From a virus, in the IMG/VR virus record IMGVR_UViG_3300023179_000033, positions 32,001-96,000 of that record: a stretch of 64,000 nucleotides of DNA, one strand, 5' to 3'. A program made the translations under genes and the position numbers. Below the pieces are notes generated by a model. The model was given only the letters and a program-made list of their open reading frames with translations. It did no database searches and was not told the DNA's origin. Below are positions 1 to 9,356 of this stretch, one piece after another; the stretch's first letter is position 1; each line of letters opens with the position of its first letter.

Positions 1-1
1 A

Positions 2-784
2 GGTAATGGTAAAATTATAACTCAAAATTGGACGCCTAATCATGGTTTTTTAATGAATCATCTTCTTTTTTATGGCGGAATACAGAATGGACAATATTGC
101 ATTTATCTAGATTCGCCCGAATCAATGACAGATTTGTTTATAAAAGAATTGCCTCAAATGTTAAATGATTTTAATAATAATAATATTGGTGCGCTTTATT
201 GGGATCAAAGACCATATATTTTTAAATATAATCCATACATGGAATTTTATGGAGCAGTTCATTGGGGGTTAACAAATATAACAGGAAAAATTATTACATT
301 ACCAGAAAAAGATAAATATATTATTAATCGGAGAAAGGAAACTCCAAAATATTTTGGATCTATTAATGGGTCAAAATATTATTTATGTTATTTTTTAGGC
401 AATGATATGCAATTATTATACGGAAAATATGGTCAAGATGTTGTAAATCATCATGAAGCTTTAAGGAAAAAATTTCAAATGTATTGCGTAAATGTTTTAA
501 AATTAAATATATCTACATTGGATGACATGATTAATTACATGAAAAAAATAAAAAATAAAGAAATTGCACCAGATGAATATTTTGTAGACATGGTAGAACT
601 AGAAATAAGATTAAGCGAATTATTTCAAATAGAAGTACTTGGGCAAGATTTTATGAAAGACGTTGTTCCTATGAGAGATCGGTTTTCTTTTAAAGATTAT
701 TTAGCCGGAAATTCTGGATTTCCGAAAGATTATTTGGGCACGAGACTTCAGTATAATCGCCAATTTAATATAAAAGATGATTAA
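2..784 (+). CDS. hypothetical protein in the sugar-modification cluster, 5'-truncated by the window edge
   Basis: The frame is open from position 2 (GNGKIITQNWTPNHGFL-M53), so the ORF starts outside the window. No diagnostic motif seen. Confidence 0.5.
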   Translation, partial: GNGKIITQNWTPNHGFLMNHLLFYGGIQNGQYCIYLDSPESMTDLFIKELPQMLNDFNNNNIGALYWDQRPYIFKYNPYMEFYGAVHWGLTNITGKIITLPEKDKYIINRRKETPKYFGSINGSKYYLCYFLGNDMQLLYGKYGQDVVNHHEALRKKFQMYCVNVLKLNISTLDDMINYMKKIKNKEIAPDEYFVDMVELEIRLSELFQIEVLGQDFMKDVVPMRDRFSFKDYLAGNSGFPKDYLGTRLQYNRQFNIKDD

Positions 785-787
785 ATT

Positions 788-1552
788 ATGAAAATCGGGA
801 TTATATATTGTGCATATAATTGTTTTTCTTATGTAAAAGATAGTTTATATTCTTTTGGAGAATGTAAAAGACAAGGCGTAATTTCCGAAATTTCTGCGGT
901 ATCCATACCATTTGCAGAATATTTTGATTTGAATCAAAACAAAGATGAAACTACAAATTTTTTAATTCATTTACATAAAAAACAACTAATTGATCAACTT
1001 TTTACTGAGCCAAACTATATTCAAGAACATATAGCTAGAGATTTTTGTTTGCAATATTTAAAAAATAAAGATTGCGATATCATTTGGATGGTTGATGGAG
1101 ATGAATTTTATTCAGTAGAAGATATTAAAAATATAATAAATTTTATTAATAATAGTCCAAGTTATTATTGGTATAGTATTAATTTTAAAAATTACATATT
1201 TGATGGCAAACAATGGATTGATGATTTCTGTCCTCCAAGAATATTTAGAACAAAATCTAATACATTAACTATAAATAAATTTTATTGGGATAATGATTTA
1301 TCTTATAAAAATAAAAATAATGAAATTTTTAATTATAAATTATTAAATAATTTAATGATTCCAAAAGATATTGCTCATATAAAACATTTTACATGGCTAC
1401 ATGAAAATGGAAGATCAAAATACGAATATCAAATGAAACATTTTGGTAGCTGTGGATATTTATGGAATTATGAAGAAAAAAAATTAGAATTTAATGAAGA
1501 TTATTATATTAAAAATAATATTCAAAAACCTAAAGTAAATATAGATAATTAA
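788..1552 (+). CDS. GT-A fold (GT2-like) glycosyltransferase
   Basis: N-terminal IGIIYCAYN strand, WMVDGDEF (DxD) motif, IKHF motif, cluster context. Confidence 0.75.
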   Translation: MKIGIIYCAYNCFSYVKDSLYSFGECKRQGVISEISAVSIPFAEYFDLNQNKDETTNFLIHLHKKQLIDQLFTEPNYIQEHIARDFCLQYLKNKDCDIIWMVDGDEFYSVEDIKNIINFINNSPSYYWYSINFKNYIFDGKQWIDDFCPPRIFRTKSNTLTINKFYWDNDLSYKNKNNEIFNYKLLNNLMIPKDIAHIKHFTWLHENGRSKYEYQMKHFGSCGYLWNYEEKKLEFNEDYYIKNNIQKPKVNIDN

Positions 1553-1553
1553 T

Positions 1554-1582
1554 TTGACTTTTAAAATAAAATAATATAATAT
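1554..1582 (+). promoter_or_regulatory. sigma70-type promoter, near-leaderless
   Basis: TTGACT(1554)-N17-TAATAT(1577-1582); ATG at 1590. Confidence 0.65.
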
Positions 1583-1589
1583 AAAGTAA

Positions 1590-2198
1590 ATGTCAAAGTA
1601 TTATGAACATATAGCTGGATGGTTTGATTTTCAAGATATTTATACTGAAGCTGTAGAAAAATCGCAAGAAAATGATATTTTAGTAGAAGTTGGTTCGTTT
1701 TTAGGAAAATCTACATCTTATATTTTAGATGAAATACAAAAATCTAATAAAAAATTAAAATTTTACGCTGTAGATACTTGGGATTTAACAAAAGATGATC
1801 AATTTCATTTTACAGCAGAAATGCCTTGGGGAGAAAAATATATAGATTTTAGTAAAAGATTAGGAGATAAAGCATTTTATAATTATTTTATAGATAATAT
1901 TAAATATTGTCCCGGAGGACATAATTTGACCAAATCAATTCAGTCATATTCTTGGGATGGAGCAAATTATTTTTTAGATAATACTTGTCATTTTGTTTTT
2001 ATTGACGCAGGACATTCTTATGAATCTGTAATCAAAGATTTAAATGCTTGGTATTCAAAAGTTAAAATAGGAGGAATTTTTGCAGGCCATGATTTAATTG
2101 GAGAAGGAGTTCAAAAAGCTCTTAAAGAATTTTGTTATAAAAATAATATATCGCAAATTTATCAAAGAAATGCTAGTTGGTTAATGTATAAAAAATAA
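1590..2198 (+). CDS. class I SAM methyltransferase (Methyltransf_24-like)
   Basis: VEVGSFLGKS, AVDTW, FVFIDAGHSY, GGIFAGHD motifs. Confidence 0.85.
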   Translation: MSKYYEHIAGWFDFQDIYTEAVEKSQENDILVEVGSFLGKSTSYILDEIQKSNKKLKFYAVDTWDLTKDDQFHFTAEMPWGEKYIDFSKRLGDKAFYNYFIDNIKYCPGGHNLTKSIQSYSWDGANYFLDNTCHFVFIDAGHSYESVIKDLNAWYSKVKIGGIFAGHDLIGEGVQKALKEFCYKNNISQIYQRNASWLMYKK

Positions 2199-2212
2199 TT
2201 CAAATCATTATT

Positions 2213-2260
2213 ATGATATTTGATACCTTCATGTATAATGGAGAAGAGGATATTATTTAA
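2213..2260 (+). pseudogene. truncated duplicate of the 5' end of the GT17-like gene at 2816
   Basis: Encodes MIFDTFMYNGEEDII*, versus MIFDTFMYNGEEDILD at 2816; 38 of the first 42 nt are identical and all 4 differences are synonymous. Confidence 0.8.
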
Positions 2261-2268
2261 AATATAAA

Positions 2269-2297
2269 TTGACTTTTATATATATTGTTAATATAAT
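2269..2297 (+). promoter_or_regulatory. consensus sigma70 promoter, leaderless
   Basis: TTGACT(2269)-N17-TATAAT(2292-2297); ATG at 2304 falls at the expected +1. Confidence 0.8.
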
Positions 2298-2303
2298 TTT
2301 AAC

Positions 2304-2813
2304 ATGAAAGAAAATTTTAAATCATATAAATATATTGTAGACGGAATTATAAAACAAATAGATGCTGAATATATATTAGAAATTGGCTTAGGCCCCGGAT
2401 GGACAGCAGAACCATGTTTAAAATTTTTAACATCAAAACAAAAAGGTAAATATACTGCAATAGATATGGCGCCTCCACAAGAAGGACTGAATATATTAAA
2501 CCAATATGATAAAAAATTTTGGGAATTAAGAATTGGAGATACAACAAAAGATGATAATTTATTTCAAAATTTTCATGAAAATAGAAATGATATTATTCTT
2601 GTAGACGGATCTCATTGGTATTCACATGTCGCGATGGATATTCAAAAATTAGTAATTTATGGTTGCGCAAAACCCGAAACAATATTTGTTTTTCATGATT
2701 CTGAAGGTAGTCACACGAGATATGGTATTTCAGAAGCATGTCAAAAAGTTGGTATAAAATTATTTGAAATAATACAAGGAAATATTATAATTGGAAAATT
2801 TAAAGATTTATAA
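2304..2813 (+). CDS. class I SAM methyltransferase (Methyltransf_24-like)
   Basis: ILEIGLGPG, TAID, IILVDGSH, VFHD motifs. Confidence 0.8.
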   Translation: MKENFKSYKYIVDGIIKQIDAEYILEIGLGPGWTAEPCLKFLTSKQKGKYTAIDMAPPQEGLNILNQYDKKFWELRIGDTTKDDNLFQNFHENRNDIILVDGSHWYSHVAMDIQKLVIYGCAKPETIFVFHDSEGSHTRYGISEACQKVGIKLFEIIQGNIIIGKFKDL

Positions 2814-2815
2814 AA

Positions 2816-3658
2816 ATGATTTTTGATACCTTCATGTATAATGGTGAAGAAGATATCCTTGATATTCGTTTAAATACTTTAGGAGAAATTGTAGATAAAT
2901 TTATAATACTTGAATCTCCAAGATCTCATAGTCTTTTACCAAGAGAGCTAGAATATCCAAAACAAAAAGAAAGATTTGAAAAATTTAAAGATAAAATTTC
3001 TTACTACTCATTAGATTATTGTAAAAGTAATAATTTTGTATTAAATGATTGGTCTGGAAGAGAAGTTTTAGAAAATATTTTAATAGAAAAGGAAAATTTA
3101 ACTACAAAAGACATAATAATACATGGAGATTTAGATGAAATCCCAAGGACTAATGTTTTAAAAGATTTTATTGCTTCAAATTCATTATTAAAACCATGTA
3201 CATTTATGATGGATAGAAGGCTTTTATGTTTAGATTTAGAGCTATCAAATATAGAACATGATAGAGCTCGAGGCAATTGGTTTGGGTTAAGTTTATTTTT
3301 AGGCGCACATTTAAATAAATGCAAACTACATTGGTTAAGACAAATTAGGTGCAATACCATAATAAATGGGATAGATTATAAAGATTGCTATACTTTAGTA
3401 GAAAATGCGGGATGGCATTTTAGTTATTGCGCTGGACTAGAAAAAACAATTGATAAATTTAAATTCTTTTGCCATGCAAATGAGATGCATAACTGCGTAA
3501 AAGATAAAGAAGGTTTAATTCAATGTATTAAAAATAAGCATTCTTTTGATCCACAAAAAACTCAGTTAATTAAAGTTGAATGGAATAATCAAAACATTCC
3601 CGAATATGTTTTTAATAATTCAAATCTATTTAAAGAAATACTAAGTTTTAATTATTAA
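2816..3658 (+). CDS. GT17-like glycosyltransferase
   Basis: IFDTFMYNGE..L.IRL..L...VDKFIILES, GDLDEIP and AGWHFSY motifs typical of the GT17/MGAT3-like family. Confidence 0.8.
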   Translation: MIFDTFMYNGEEDILDIRLNTLGEIVDKFIILESPRSHSLLPRELEYPKQKERFEKFKDKISYYSLDYCKSNNFVLNDWSGREVLENILIEKENLTTKDIIIHGDLDEIPRTNVLKDFIASNSLLKPCTFMMDRRLLCLDLELSNIEHDRARGNWFGLSLFLGAHLNKCKLHWLRQIRCNTIINGIDYKDCYTLVENAGWHFSYCAGLEKTIDKFKFFCHANEMHNCVKDKEGLIQCIKNKHSFDPQKTQLIKVEWNNQNIPEYVFNNSNLFKEILSFNY

Positions 3659-4503
3659 TGAATTTTATAAATAAAAATAAAAATCAAGAGGATCTAGAAA
3701 TTCTTGGCAAAATTTGTTTTGATACATTAACTTCAAATTTAGATATTAAACAAAAATCAGACAATTTTTGCGGTATTTATTTTGAAGGTAGAAATAGAAA
3801 TATAAATGCTGTAGAAGATTTTTCTGTCGTACATAGTTTTAAAAATTTTTCTGAATATAATTATCCTATTTTTATATTTAGTCCTAATTCAGATAATTTA
3901 TTAAATAATGATTCAAGATATAAAAATGCTAGGGTAGAACATATCAAAATACCAATACAAGATAGTCATGATAAATATTCTCAATTTATGATTAAAGATA
4001 TTTGGGAATATCTTCCTAAAGGATTTGAAAACTTACTTTTTTTTCATCCAGATGGTTTTTTAATTAAAAATGGCTGGGAAAGTTTTGTATTAAATAATAA
4101 ATTAAAATATATTGGTTCTGCTTGGTGTCATAGCCCAAGCATTGAAATTAATAATAATGGAAATTGGCAAAGCATGGGATTTCCTAGTATTCGATGTGGT
4201 AATGGAGGATTTAGTTTTAGATCAAGATATGCTTGTGAAGAAGCAAGTAAACGATATTCGAGATCAATAATAAGAGAACAGGGCACAAATGGAACAAGAG
4301 TAGCAGAAGATTTATTTTATAGTCACATTATAAATGGTATTTTTGAACAGGGTTCAGTAGCAAATATTCAACAATGCATGCAATTTTCACTTGACCCAAT
4401 AACATTAAATGAGTATAATAACAAATTAAGCTTTGGATTTCATTATCCCAAGAAGATAAATGAATTTCAAAACTATAGAGATTTTTATTTAAATATAAAA
4501 TGA
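3658..4503 (+). CDS. DUF5672-like putative glycosyltransferase
   Basis: YIGSAW, GNGGFSFRS, EDLFY, FGFH motifs. Confidence 0.75.
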   Translation: MNFINKNKNQEDLEILGKICFDTLTSNLDIKQKSDNFCGIYFEGRNRNINAVEDFSVVHSFKNFSEYNYPIFIFSPNSDNLLNNDSRYKNARVEHIKIPIQDSHDKYSQFMIKDIWEYLPKGFENLLFFHPDGFLIKNGWESFVLNNKLKYIGSAWCHSPSIEINNNGNWQSMGFPSIRCGNGGFSFRSRYACEEASKRYSRSIIREQGTNGTRVAEDLFYSHIINGIFEQGSVANIQQCMQFSLDPITLNEYNNKLSFGFHYPKKINEFQNYRDFYLNIK

Positions 4504-5801
4504 GCGAACACAGACAAAAAATTAAAGATTTTATAAATAAGTTACAAGAAGAATATGGTAGATTGCCTAAGTTCTGTCATAATTTAAATGCACCAGATAA
4601 TAAAGTATACTATTCTGGCGCATTTTTTGATGATAACGAAATTGTAGCAGCAATAGAAACCTTATTATTTGGTAAATGGTCATCTAGTGGAGAAGTTTGT
4701 GCTCAATTTGAAAGACAATTCAGCAAAGCAATAAATCAAAAGTCTTCATTCTTTACTAATTCGGGTTCTTCAGCTAATCTATTACTAGTTGCTGCTTGTA
4801 AAGAATACTATAAATGGAAAGATGGAGATGAGATTATAGTATCAGCAGTAGGATTTCCAACAACTGTTTCAGCTATTATCCAAAATGGGCTAAAGCCAAT
4901 ATTTGTTGATATTGAATGGAATACATTAAATTACGATATCTCTAAAATAGAAGAAAAAATAACAAATAAAACGGTAGCAACCTTTTTATCTCCAGTATTA
5001 GGTAATCCACCCGACATGGACAAGTTACTTAATATCATCAAATCTTACAATATAAAATTACTTTTAGATAATTGTGATTCTTTGGGATCAAAATGGAATA
5101 ATAAATATTTGAATGAATATGCAGAGGCGTCATCTTGTTCATTTTATCCTGCACACGAAATTACCACTTTAGAAGGAGGAATGGTTTCATCTAATAATGA
5201 AGAAATCATCCAGTTAGCCCGAAGTTATGGAACTTGGGGCCGTGATTGCTACTGCGTAGGTACTTGTAATTTATTAGCAAATGGTTCTTGCGGAAAAAGA
5301 TTTTCTAATTGGCTTACAGATTTTCCAGAAACAATTATAGATCATAAGTATGTATTTAATAGAATTGGGTATAATTTAAAACCATTGGATTTGCAAGGGG
5401 CAATTGGAATTGAACAACTTAAAAAGCTTGATTTTATTTGTAAAAAAAGAAAACATAATCTTGATAAAATACTTTCAATTTTTAAAGAAAATTTAAATTT
5501 TGTAAGAAGTGTAAGCATTTTTAATAAAACTGATTGGGTTCCGTTCGGTGTTCCTCTTATATGTAAATCAAAAGAGGAAAAAATAAAATTGGTAAATTAT
5601 TTAGAAAATAACGGAATTCAAACAAGAAATTATTTTGCGGGAAATCTTTTAATGCATAAAGGATATAAGCATTTAGACGATTATAAAAAATATCCAGAAT
5701 CAAATAAAGTTTTAGATTTAGTATTTTTTATTGGGTGCGCTCCAACTATTGACGATAAAAATATTAATTATATAGAAGAAAAAATAAAACAATATGAATA
5801 A
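4500..5801 (+). CDS. rfbH: NDP-4-keto-6-deoxyhexose 3-dehydratase (RfbH/DdhC E1 type, DegT/DnrJ fold)
   Basis: NSGSSANL, FPTT, DNCDSLGS, SFYPAH (His replaces the PLP Lys), GRDCYC..TC...SCGKRF Cys cluster, DHKY, TRNYFAGN. Confidence 0.85.
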   Translation: MSEHRQKIKDFINKLQEEYGRLPKFCHNLNAPDNKVYYSGAFFDDNEIVAAIETLLFGKWSSSGEVCAQFERQFSKAINQKSSFFTNSGSSANLLLVAACKEYYKWKDGDEIIVSAVGFPTTVSAIIQNGLKPIFVDIEWNTLNYDISKIEEKITNKTVATFLSPVLGNPPDMDKLLNIIKSYNIKLLLDNCDSLGSKWNNKYLNEYAEASSCSFYPAHEITTLEGGMVSSNNEEIIQLARSYGTWGRDCYCVGTCNLLANGSCGKRFSNWLTDFPETIIDHKYVFNRIGYNLKPLDLQGAIGIEQLKKLDFICKKRKHNLDKILSIFKENLNFVRSVSIFNKTDWVPFGVPLICKSKEEKIKLVNYLENNGIQTRNYFAGNLLMHKGYKHLDDYKKYPESNKVLDLVFFIGCAPTIDDKNINYIEEKIKQYE

Positions 5802-6609
5802 AATTAGCGTTTTTGGCTCTACAGGTTTTATTGGTAAAAAGTGGATAGAATTGTATTCAAAAGAATCTTTTTCTGAAGATAGATCTTCAATTAAATCAGA
5901 AAATAAAGATATTCTTTATTTTAGGGCAACAAATTCTAATTATAATGTTTTTTCAGATCCTTCTTTAGATGTAAAAACGAATTTAACATTACTAACAGAA
6001 TTATTTAAAAATATTGATTCTAGTTATAATTTTAATTTAATATCTAGTTGGTTTGTTTATGGAAAAAATAATTGTGAAATTAATAAAGAGATTGATTATT
6101 GCAATCCGAAAGGTTTTTATTCTATAACTAAATATACTCAAGAACAATTAACAGAATCTTATTGTGAAACAAATAATATTAAATATAAAATATTAAGACT
6201 TTGTAATGTTATCGGTGGAGATCAAAAAGCTACAGCCAAAAAGAATGCTCTAGAATTTCTAATAGATAAATTAAAAAAACACGAAGAAATCAATATTTAT
6301 GAAGGAGATAATTATAGAAATTATTTAAATGTAGAAGATGTCTGCAAGGCAATTAAATTAATAATTGAAAAAGGAAAAAGTAATGAAATATATAATATTG
6401 GAGATACAAAAAGCACAAAATTAATAGATATTATTGATTATTGTAAAAATAGATTAAATTCTAAAAGCATCATCAAAATGATAGAAACGCCAAAATTTCA
6501 TCAACAAGTTCAAACTAAAAATTTCTGGATGGATACATCTAAATTACAATCTTTACATTTTAAACCAAAATATTCCTTAGAAGAAACTTTAAATAAATTA
6601 TGCAAATAA
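5794..6609 (+). CDS. NAD-dependent sugar epimerase/reductase (extended SDR)
   Basis: VFGSTGFIG, SSWFVYG, YSITK (YxxxK), LRLCNVIG. Confidence 0.85.
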   Translation: MNKISVFGSTGFIGKKWIELYSKESFSEDRSSIKSENKDILYFRATNSNYNVFSDPSLDVKTNLTLLTELFKNIDSSYNFNLISSWFVYGKNNCEINKEIDYCNPKGFYSITKYTQEQLTESYCETNNIKYKILRLCNVIGGDQKATAKKNALEFLIDKLKKHEEINIYEGDNYRNYLNVEDVCKAIKLIIEKGKSNEIYNIGDTKSTKLIDIIDYCKNRLNSKSIIKMIETPKFHQQVQTKNFWMDTSKLQSLHFKPKYSLEETLNKLCK

Positions 6610-7169
6610 AAAAAATATTCGAAATAGGAGTTGGTGAGGCATATACTTGTAGAACTAAAAGATTTTGGGGTTCTGATATAGAATGCCATTTATTTGAACC
6701 AAATCCAATCTTATATAAAGATTTAATAGATCAAACAAAAGAGTATAAAAATGTTTATGTATATAATATAGCAATAACAGATAAATCTGGAGAAGAAGAA
6801 ATATCATTAATGGGCAACTGTTCTTATATTAATGGGATTATATCTCCGGTGATATTGCATCAAGGTTTTGATTCTGATGCCATAAAAAATGCGTCAAAAA
6901 TAAACATTAAATCCGAAACAATAGATAAATTTGATAAAGGAGATATCGATGTATTATTAATAGATACAGAAGGGTGCGAATGGTTTGTTTTAGAAAAACT
7001 TATTAGTAGACCAAATCAAATAGTAATTGAAACAAGCACAATTGCCGCAGATGGATTACCAACACCAAATAAAAATATAAATAAAATTTTATTTTGGATG
7101 TGGAAAAATAATTATCAATTAGCCTTAAAAGATGAGAATGATAGCCATTTTATGAAGATGAAAACATGA
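6600..7169 (+). CDS. FkbM-family methyltransferase
   Basis: FEIGVG, LFEPNP, IDVLLIDTEGCE motifs. Confidence 0.85.
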   Translation: MQIKKIFEIGVGEAYTCRTKRFWGSDIECHLFEPNPILYKDLIDQTKEYKNVYVYNIAITDKSGEEEISLMGNCSYINGIISPVILHQGFDSDAIKNASKINIKSETIDKFDKGDIDVLLIDTEGCEWFVLEKLISRPNQIVIETSTIAADGLPTPNKNINKILFWMWKNNYQLALKDENDSHFMKMKT

Positions 7170-7957
7170 AATATAAAAAAATAAATATTTATAATCGTCA
7201 CTTTAGTCGCAATAAAATTAACCCATTAAGACCAAAATGGTTTGATTACGAAAAAACTTTTGTAAATTTATTAAAAACTACAAATGGAAATCTTTGTAAT
7301 TTAAATATTATATTTGAAAAAGAAGAAGATTACGATAAATATTTTATAAAAAAATATGAAAATCATGCCAAATTTAATGTTAAATTTATTAATACTAACC
7401 GAGAAAAATGGCTTAATAAAACTAGCGAGGATATTGCTTGGAGCAGAAGCATTGCCGCAGCCGCAGAAGTTATAAAAAATGATAATTTACCATCTGATGA
7501 ATTAATTTATATAACAGATGATGATTTTCTTCATGTGCCTTATTGGGCAGAAATAAGTAAAGATTATATTGAAAATTTTATTAATCATGAAAATTTTTGG
7601 TTATGTCCTTGCGATTATGGTGATAAATATTATTTTATAGATGAAAAAGAAACTATTGATCCTTGGGGCACAAATCTTGGGATGTATAAAGACTTAACTT
7701 CAAAGATTAGATTAAGTAATTATTGTCATTGGCGATCTGTTCCTAACTGCTTAACTTCTAGTATGATGCCTGTAAATACTTTTAATCGAGATTTTGATCC
7801 TTATTGGAAAACTGGATACTCAGATGGTTCATTATGTAATGAATTAAAACAAAAGTATAATACTGAATTTTGGACACCAATCAAATCTTTAAGTTGTCAT
7901 GTAGTTCATCCATTTCTTCCCCCATTTATAGATTGGGAAAAAATAAATAATTTATAA
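7166..7957 (+). CDS. putative GT-A glycosyltransferase
   Basis: IYITDDDFLH (DxD-like) and SLSCH motifs; cluster context. Confidence 0.65.
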   Translation: MKYKKINIYNRHFSRNKINPLRPKWFDYEKTFVNLLKTTNGNLCNLNIIFEKEEDYDKYFIKKYENHAKFNVKFINTNREKWLNKTSEDIAWSRSIAAAAEVIKNDNLPSDELIYITDDDFLHVPYWAEISKDYIENFINHENFWLCPCDYGDKYYFIDEKETIDPWGTNLGMYKDLTSKIRLSNYCHWRSVPNCLTSSMMPVNTFNRDFDPYWKTGYSDGSLCNELKQKYNTEFWTPIKSLSCHVVHPFLPPFIDWEKINNL

Positions 7958-7990
7958 AATAAATATAAATAACTAAAATATATAATAAGC

Positions 7991-9031
7991 ATGAAAAAAG
8001 TTATAATTACAGGAGTTACAGGTCAAGATGGATCATATTTGGTTGATTTTCTATTAAAAAATACAAATTATGAAATATATGGAGTTGTAAGAAGAAGTTC
8101 TAATCCAAACCTTAAAAATATTCAACATAATTTAAATAATCAAATGTTTAAATTAATTACCGCAGATCTATCTGATAGTAATTCTATAGATGAAATTGTA
8201 AAAGATATTAGACCAGATTATTTTATTAATTTTGCTGCTCAATCATTTGTAGGAAGTAGTTGGCAACTTCCACTTCAAACATTTGATGCAACTGCTTTAG
8301 GGGCTTTAAGATGTCTTGAAGCTATTAGAAAATATGCACCACATTCTAGATTTTATTCTGCTGGTTCTAGCGAAGAAATGGGCGATGTAATTTATAGTCC
8401 TCAAAATTTAAATCATCCTATAAGGCCAAGAAGCCCTTATGGAGCAGCCAAAGCCGCAGCTAGACACATCACAAAAGTTTATAGAGATTCATATAATCTT
8501 TTTGCAATTCATTCTATTCTCTATAATCATGAAAGCGAAAGAAGAGGCGAAGAATTTGTTACAAGAAAAATTACAAAAAATGTTGCAAGAATTTATCATG
8601 CAATTAAAAATAATCAAGAATTTTTGCCATTAGAACTTGGTAACCTTGACGCAAAAAGAGATTGGAGCCATGCTCAAGATTTTATTGAAGGTATTTGGCT
8701 TATGATGAATCAAGATAAACCTAAAGAATTTATTTTATCATCTAATGAGACTCACTCTATTAGAGAATTTGCAGAAAAAGCATTTGGATACGCTGGAATT
8801 AATGGTCATTGGATTGGCGAAAAACATAATGAAAAATTTATAGCTAATATTAATAATAAAGATATAGAAATTATTAGAATTAATCCTAAATTTTATAGAC
8901 CAGCAGAAGTTGATTTATTGCTTGGAGATTCAACCGAAGCAAGAACTGAATTAAGATGGATACCAAAAATTTCATTTGACAATCTTATTGAAAAGATGGT
9001 AAAGTCAGATATTGAAAACCATCAATCATAA
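7991..9031 (+). CDS. gmd: GDP-mannose 4,6-dehydratase
   Basis: ITGVTGQDGSYL, AAQSFV, PRSPYGAAK, NHESERRGEEFVTRKI, LGNLDAKRDW, RPAEVDLLLGD. Confidence 0.95.
   Translation: MKKVIITGVTGQDGSYLVDFLLKNTNYEIYGVVRRSSNPNLKNIQHNLNNQMFKLITADLSDSNSIDEIVKDIRPDYFINFAAQSFVGSSWQLPLQTFDATALGALRCLEAIRKYAPHSRFYSAGSSEEMGDVIYSPQNLNHPIRPRSPYGAAKAAARHITKVYRDSYNLFAIHSILYNHESERRGEEFVTRKITKNVARIYHAIKNNQEFLPLELGNLDAKRDWSHAQDFIEGIWLMMNQDKPKEFILSSNETHSIREFAEKAFGYAGINGHWIGEKHNEKFIANINNKDIEIIRINPKFYRPAEVDLLLGDSTEARTELRWIPKISFDNLIEKMVKSDIENHQS
8976..9005 (+). promoter_or_regulatory. possible sigma70 promoter for the replication operon, inside the gmd 3' end
   Basis: TTGACA(8976)-N18-TAAAGT(9000-9005) with TGn extension; TTG start at 9012. 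Confidence 0.45.
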
Positions 9032-9356
9032 GCTTTGTCAATTAATAGTTAAAAAATATATAAAAGGCCAAGTAAATTGGCCAAGAGAAATTAAAATAGC
9101 GCAAAAATTAGTAAAAAAGTTTAATTCATTTGATTTTTGGGATAATCTTCAAGAATTAGGAAGTCCGCCTCCATCACTTGCTTGGTTTCTAAAAGCAGAA
9201 GGCAAAGCTTTTCTTTTAAAAGAATATGAACTATTTAATTTAAATTTAAATCAAAATATAATTAAATTACAAGAAAATAAAATAGAAGAAGATAAAAACA
9301 TTTGCAAAAAACCTAAAAGCCTGCTAGAATTTATAAGATATGGGAAGAAAACCTAA
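9012..9356 (+). CDS. hypothetical protein
   Basis: 114-aa ORF with a TTG start, overlapping both neighbours. Confidence 0.55.
   Translation: MKTINHKLCQLIVKKYIKGQVNWPREIKIAQKLVKKFNSFDFWDNLQELGSPPPSLAWFLKAEGKAFLLKEYELFNLNLNQNIIKLQENKIEEDKNICKKPKSLLEFIRYGKKT

Noticed and set aside
7960-7991. Promoter upstream of gmd (TATAAT at 7981)
   Set aside because: No -35 box in an extremely AT-rich gap, and the ATG is too close.
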